Positions 62,795-64,000 of a stretch of 64,000 nucleotides of DNA are shown piece after piece. Below the pieces are notes generated by a model. That model saw only the letters and a list, made by a program, of their open reading frames with translations. It was not told the origin of the DNA and did no database searches. Each line of letters opens with the position of its first letter. Position 1 is the stretch's first letter. A program made the translations under genes and the position numbers. Source of the DNA: a virus. The DNA lies in IMG/VR virus record IMGVR_UViG_3300028394_000040. The stretch is one strand, 5' to 3'.

Positions 62795-63511
62795 TTAATT
62801 TTTAAAAATACGTTTCTTAATCATTCTTACAAGGATTCTAGATGATGCAATTTCTAAAGCTTTTTTTGTAGTCGTACCTATAGTAGACTGATTAAATTTA
62901 ACTTCTGAAAAGTTATCATCATTCATTAAAGTAAGCTCTCTAACTGTCTTAGCTTCCCCTAAACCTGAACCTGTAAAGTATTCCCCGGTTTCTGCATCGA
63001 CAAATTTAACCTGTAGGCCCATTCTAGTTACTACAGTGTTTTTAACTCCATTTTTGAGATTTACTGTTTCGTCTTCACTGACGCTAAAATCATAAACCTC
63101 AATATAGACAAAGTATCTAGCAAGTTTTATCTTACCTCTTCCGTCTAATTTATTCTCTGTTATACCTGATTGGCTAGCTTGAAACTGCTTAACCATTCGA
63201 TTTTTGATCTCTGCTTTATCTTCTGTAAAAGTAAATCTTCCCGTCTCTTCCAAAAACTCCACAACAATATTTGTAACCCCTAATCCTACTCTTTTGTCTT
63301 TTAATTCGGGATATGCGGCATAAACTTCTTCGTTTATACCTAACTGAAGTAACTGTACTGGAATCGTTGGTCCATCGTAATTCATTAGAGAGTCGATATT
63401 GATTTTTTTTTCAAAGGAAGCTTGATATGCTTCTGTCTTTGTTGAACCAACTACCTGACTTACTGCCGGTAAAGATAGTAAAGTAAAAAGTAAAAACCAA
63501 ATTTTAGTCAT
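62795..63511 (-). CDS. CsgG/HfaB-like curli assembly/transport family protein
   Basis: Signal peptide (likely start MTKIW); LEETGRF, VYDF and VKFVDAETGE..GSG motifs. Confidence 0.7.
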   Translation of the reverse strand: MTKIWFLLFTLLSLPAVSQVVGSTKTEAYQASFEKKINIDSLMNYDGPTIPVQLLQLGINEEVYAAYPELKDKRVGLGVTNIVVEFLEETGRFTFTEDKAEIKNRMVKQFQASQSGITENKLDGRGKIKLARYFVYIEVYDFSVSEDETVNLKNGVKNTVVTRMGLQVKFVDAETGEYFTGSGLGEAKTVRELTLMNDDNFSEVKFNQSTIGTTTKKALEIASSRILVRMIKKRIFKN

Positions 63512-63803
63512 ATGATTCATCAGTATCATTTTGTACAGGCTTAGTTGCCTTAGCTACCTTATCTTTCATTCCAGTAAATTTATCTACAGAAGATAAACCT
63601 AAAGCCCCGAACGCTAATAATGCTACCGCATTAACTAAAGAGTCAGCAGGAGCAATATGTGCTTCAGAAAAAGAATTAGAGTACATAGTAATACATAATG
63701 TAAGTGCAGCTAACAAGCCAACAAATCTTTTAGATGATACAGCTCCTTTTTCATCAGCTAATAAAGAATTAGCACCATCCATAAATTTTTTTAAAATTTC
63801 CAT
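63504..63803 (-). CDS. Holin-like two-TM protein
   Basis: SSKRFVG followed by two TM helices; start MEILKK coupled to the upstream stop. Confidence 0.55.
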   Translation of the reverse strand: MEILKKFMDGANSLLADEKGAVSSKRFVGLLAALTLCITMYSNSFSEAHIAPADSLVNAVALLAFGALGLSSVDKFTGMKDKVAKATKPVQNDTDESYD

Positions 63804-63955
63804 TACCAAGGTTGTTTAGAGATTATGGCCGATATCTGCTTAGCTTTTAAGTTTTGGTCTGTAAAATGTAAGTATACAAAATACGATTGGAATGCTAAAG
63901 CAACAAAGATCCAAGCCAAAACCAAATTCGAAAATATTTTATATAACTTATTCAT
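63803..63955 (-). CDS. Small membrane protein (50 aa; not in the ORF track)
   Basis: MNKLYKIFSNLVLAWIFVALAFQSYFVYLHF... Confidence 0.55.
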   Translation of the reverse strand: MNKLYKIFSNLVLAWIFVALAFQSYFVYLHFTDQNLKAKQISAIISKQPW

Positions 63956-64000
63956 TTTATTATTAATCTATATTATCCTTAATTTTTCCACATTTTAAAC

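Noticed and set aside
1-64000. Stop-codon reassignment (alternative genetic code)
   Set aside because: Standard-code ORFs tile the window densely, and TAA, TAG and TGA all end genes at sensible coupled boundaries.

Overview
This window is a 64 kb segment of a large, AT-rich dsDNA tailed phage (myovirus-like: T4 gp6-, gp25- and gp5-like baseplate genes and a gp55-like sigma). Nearly all genes are on the minus strand. The host is most likely a Bacteroidota member: there are many TTG-N19/20-TAnnTTTA promoters resembling the Bacteroidota -33/-7 consensus, A-rich AAGGTT-ATG leaders, and no Shine-Dalgarno motifs. Layout: 1-15.5 kb tail/baseplate structural genes; 15.5-18.6 kb sigma factor, HD hydrolase and glutaredoxin; 18.7-22.3 kb tandem array of acidic proteins sharing an N-terminal MKKGLINEAFRLQQLAGI leader; 22.9-29.8 kb early-type region built from repeated promoter (often promoter+hairpin) cassettes, with several candidate ncRNAs and repeats; 29.8-48.2 kb small hypothetical genes plus accessory enzymes (LpxH-like hydrolase + glycosyltransferase, phosphoesterases, lipase, nuclease, PhoH with a class-3 LAGLIDADG intein) and two tRNA-like RNAs that lack a normal anticodon loop and flank a third structured RNA; 48.2-59.6 kb glycosylation/sugar-methylation island; 59.6-64 kb RHH protein, PD-(D/E)XK nuclease, beta-barrel-like protein, CsgG-like protein and a holin-like protein. 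The strongest candidates for new biology are the anticodon-less tRNA-scaffold RNAs, the shared-leader (capsid-targeting-like) cargo array, the covarying terminator/promoter cassettes, and the palindrome-containing ncRNA locus. All functional calls come from reading motifs by eye; no database searches were run.
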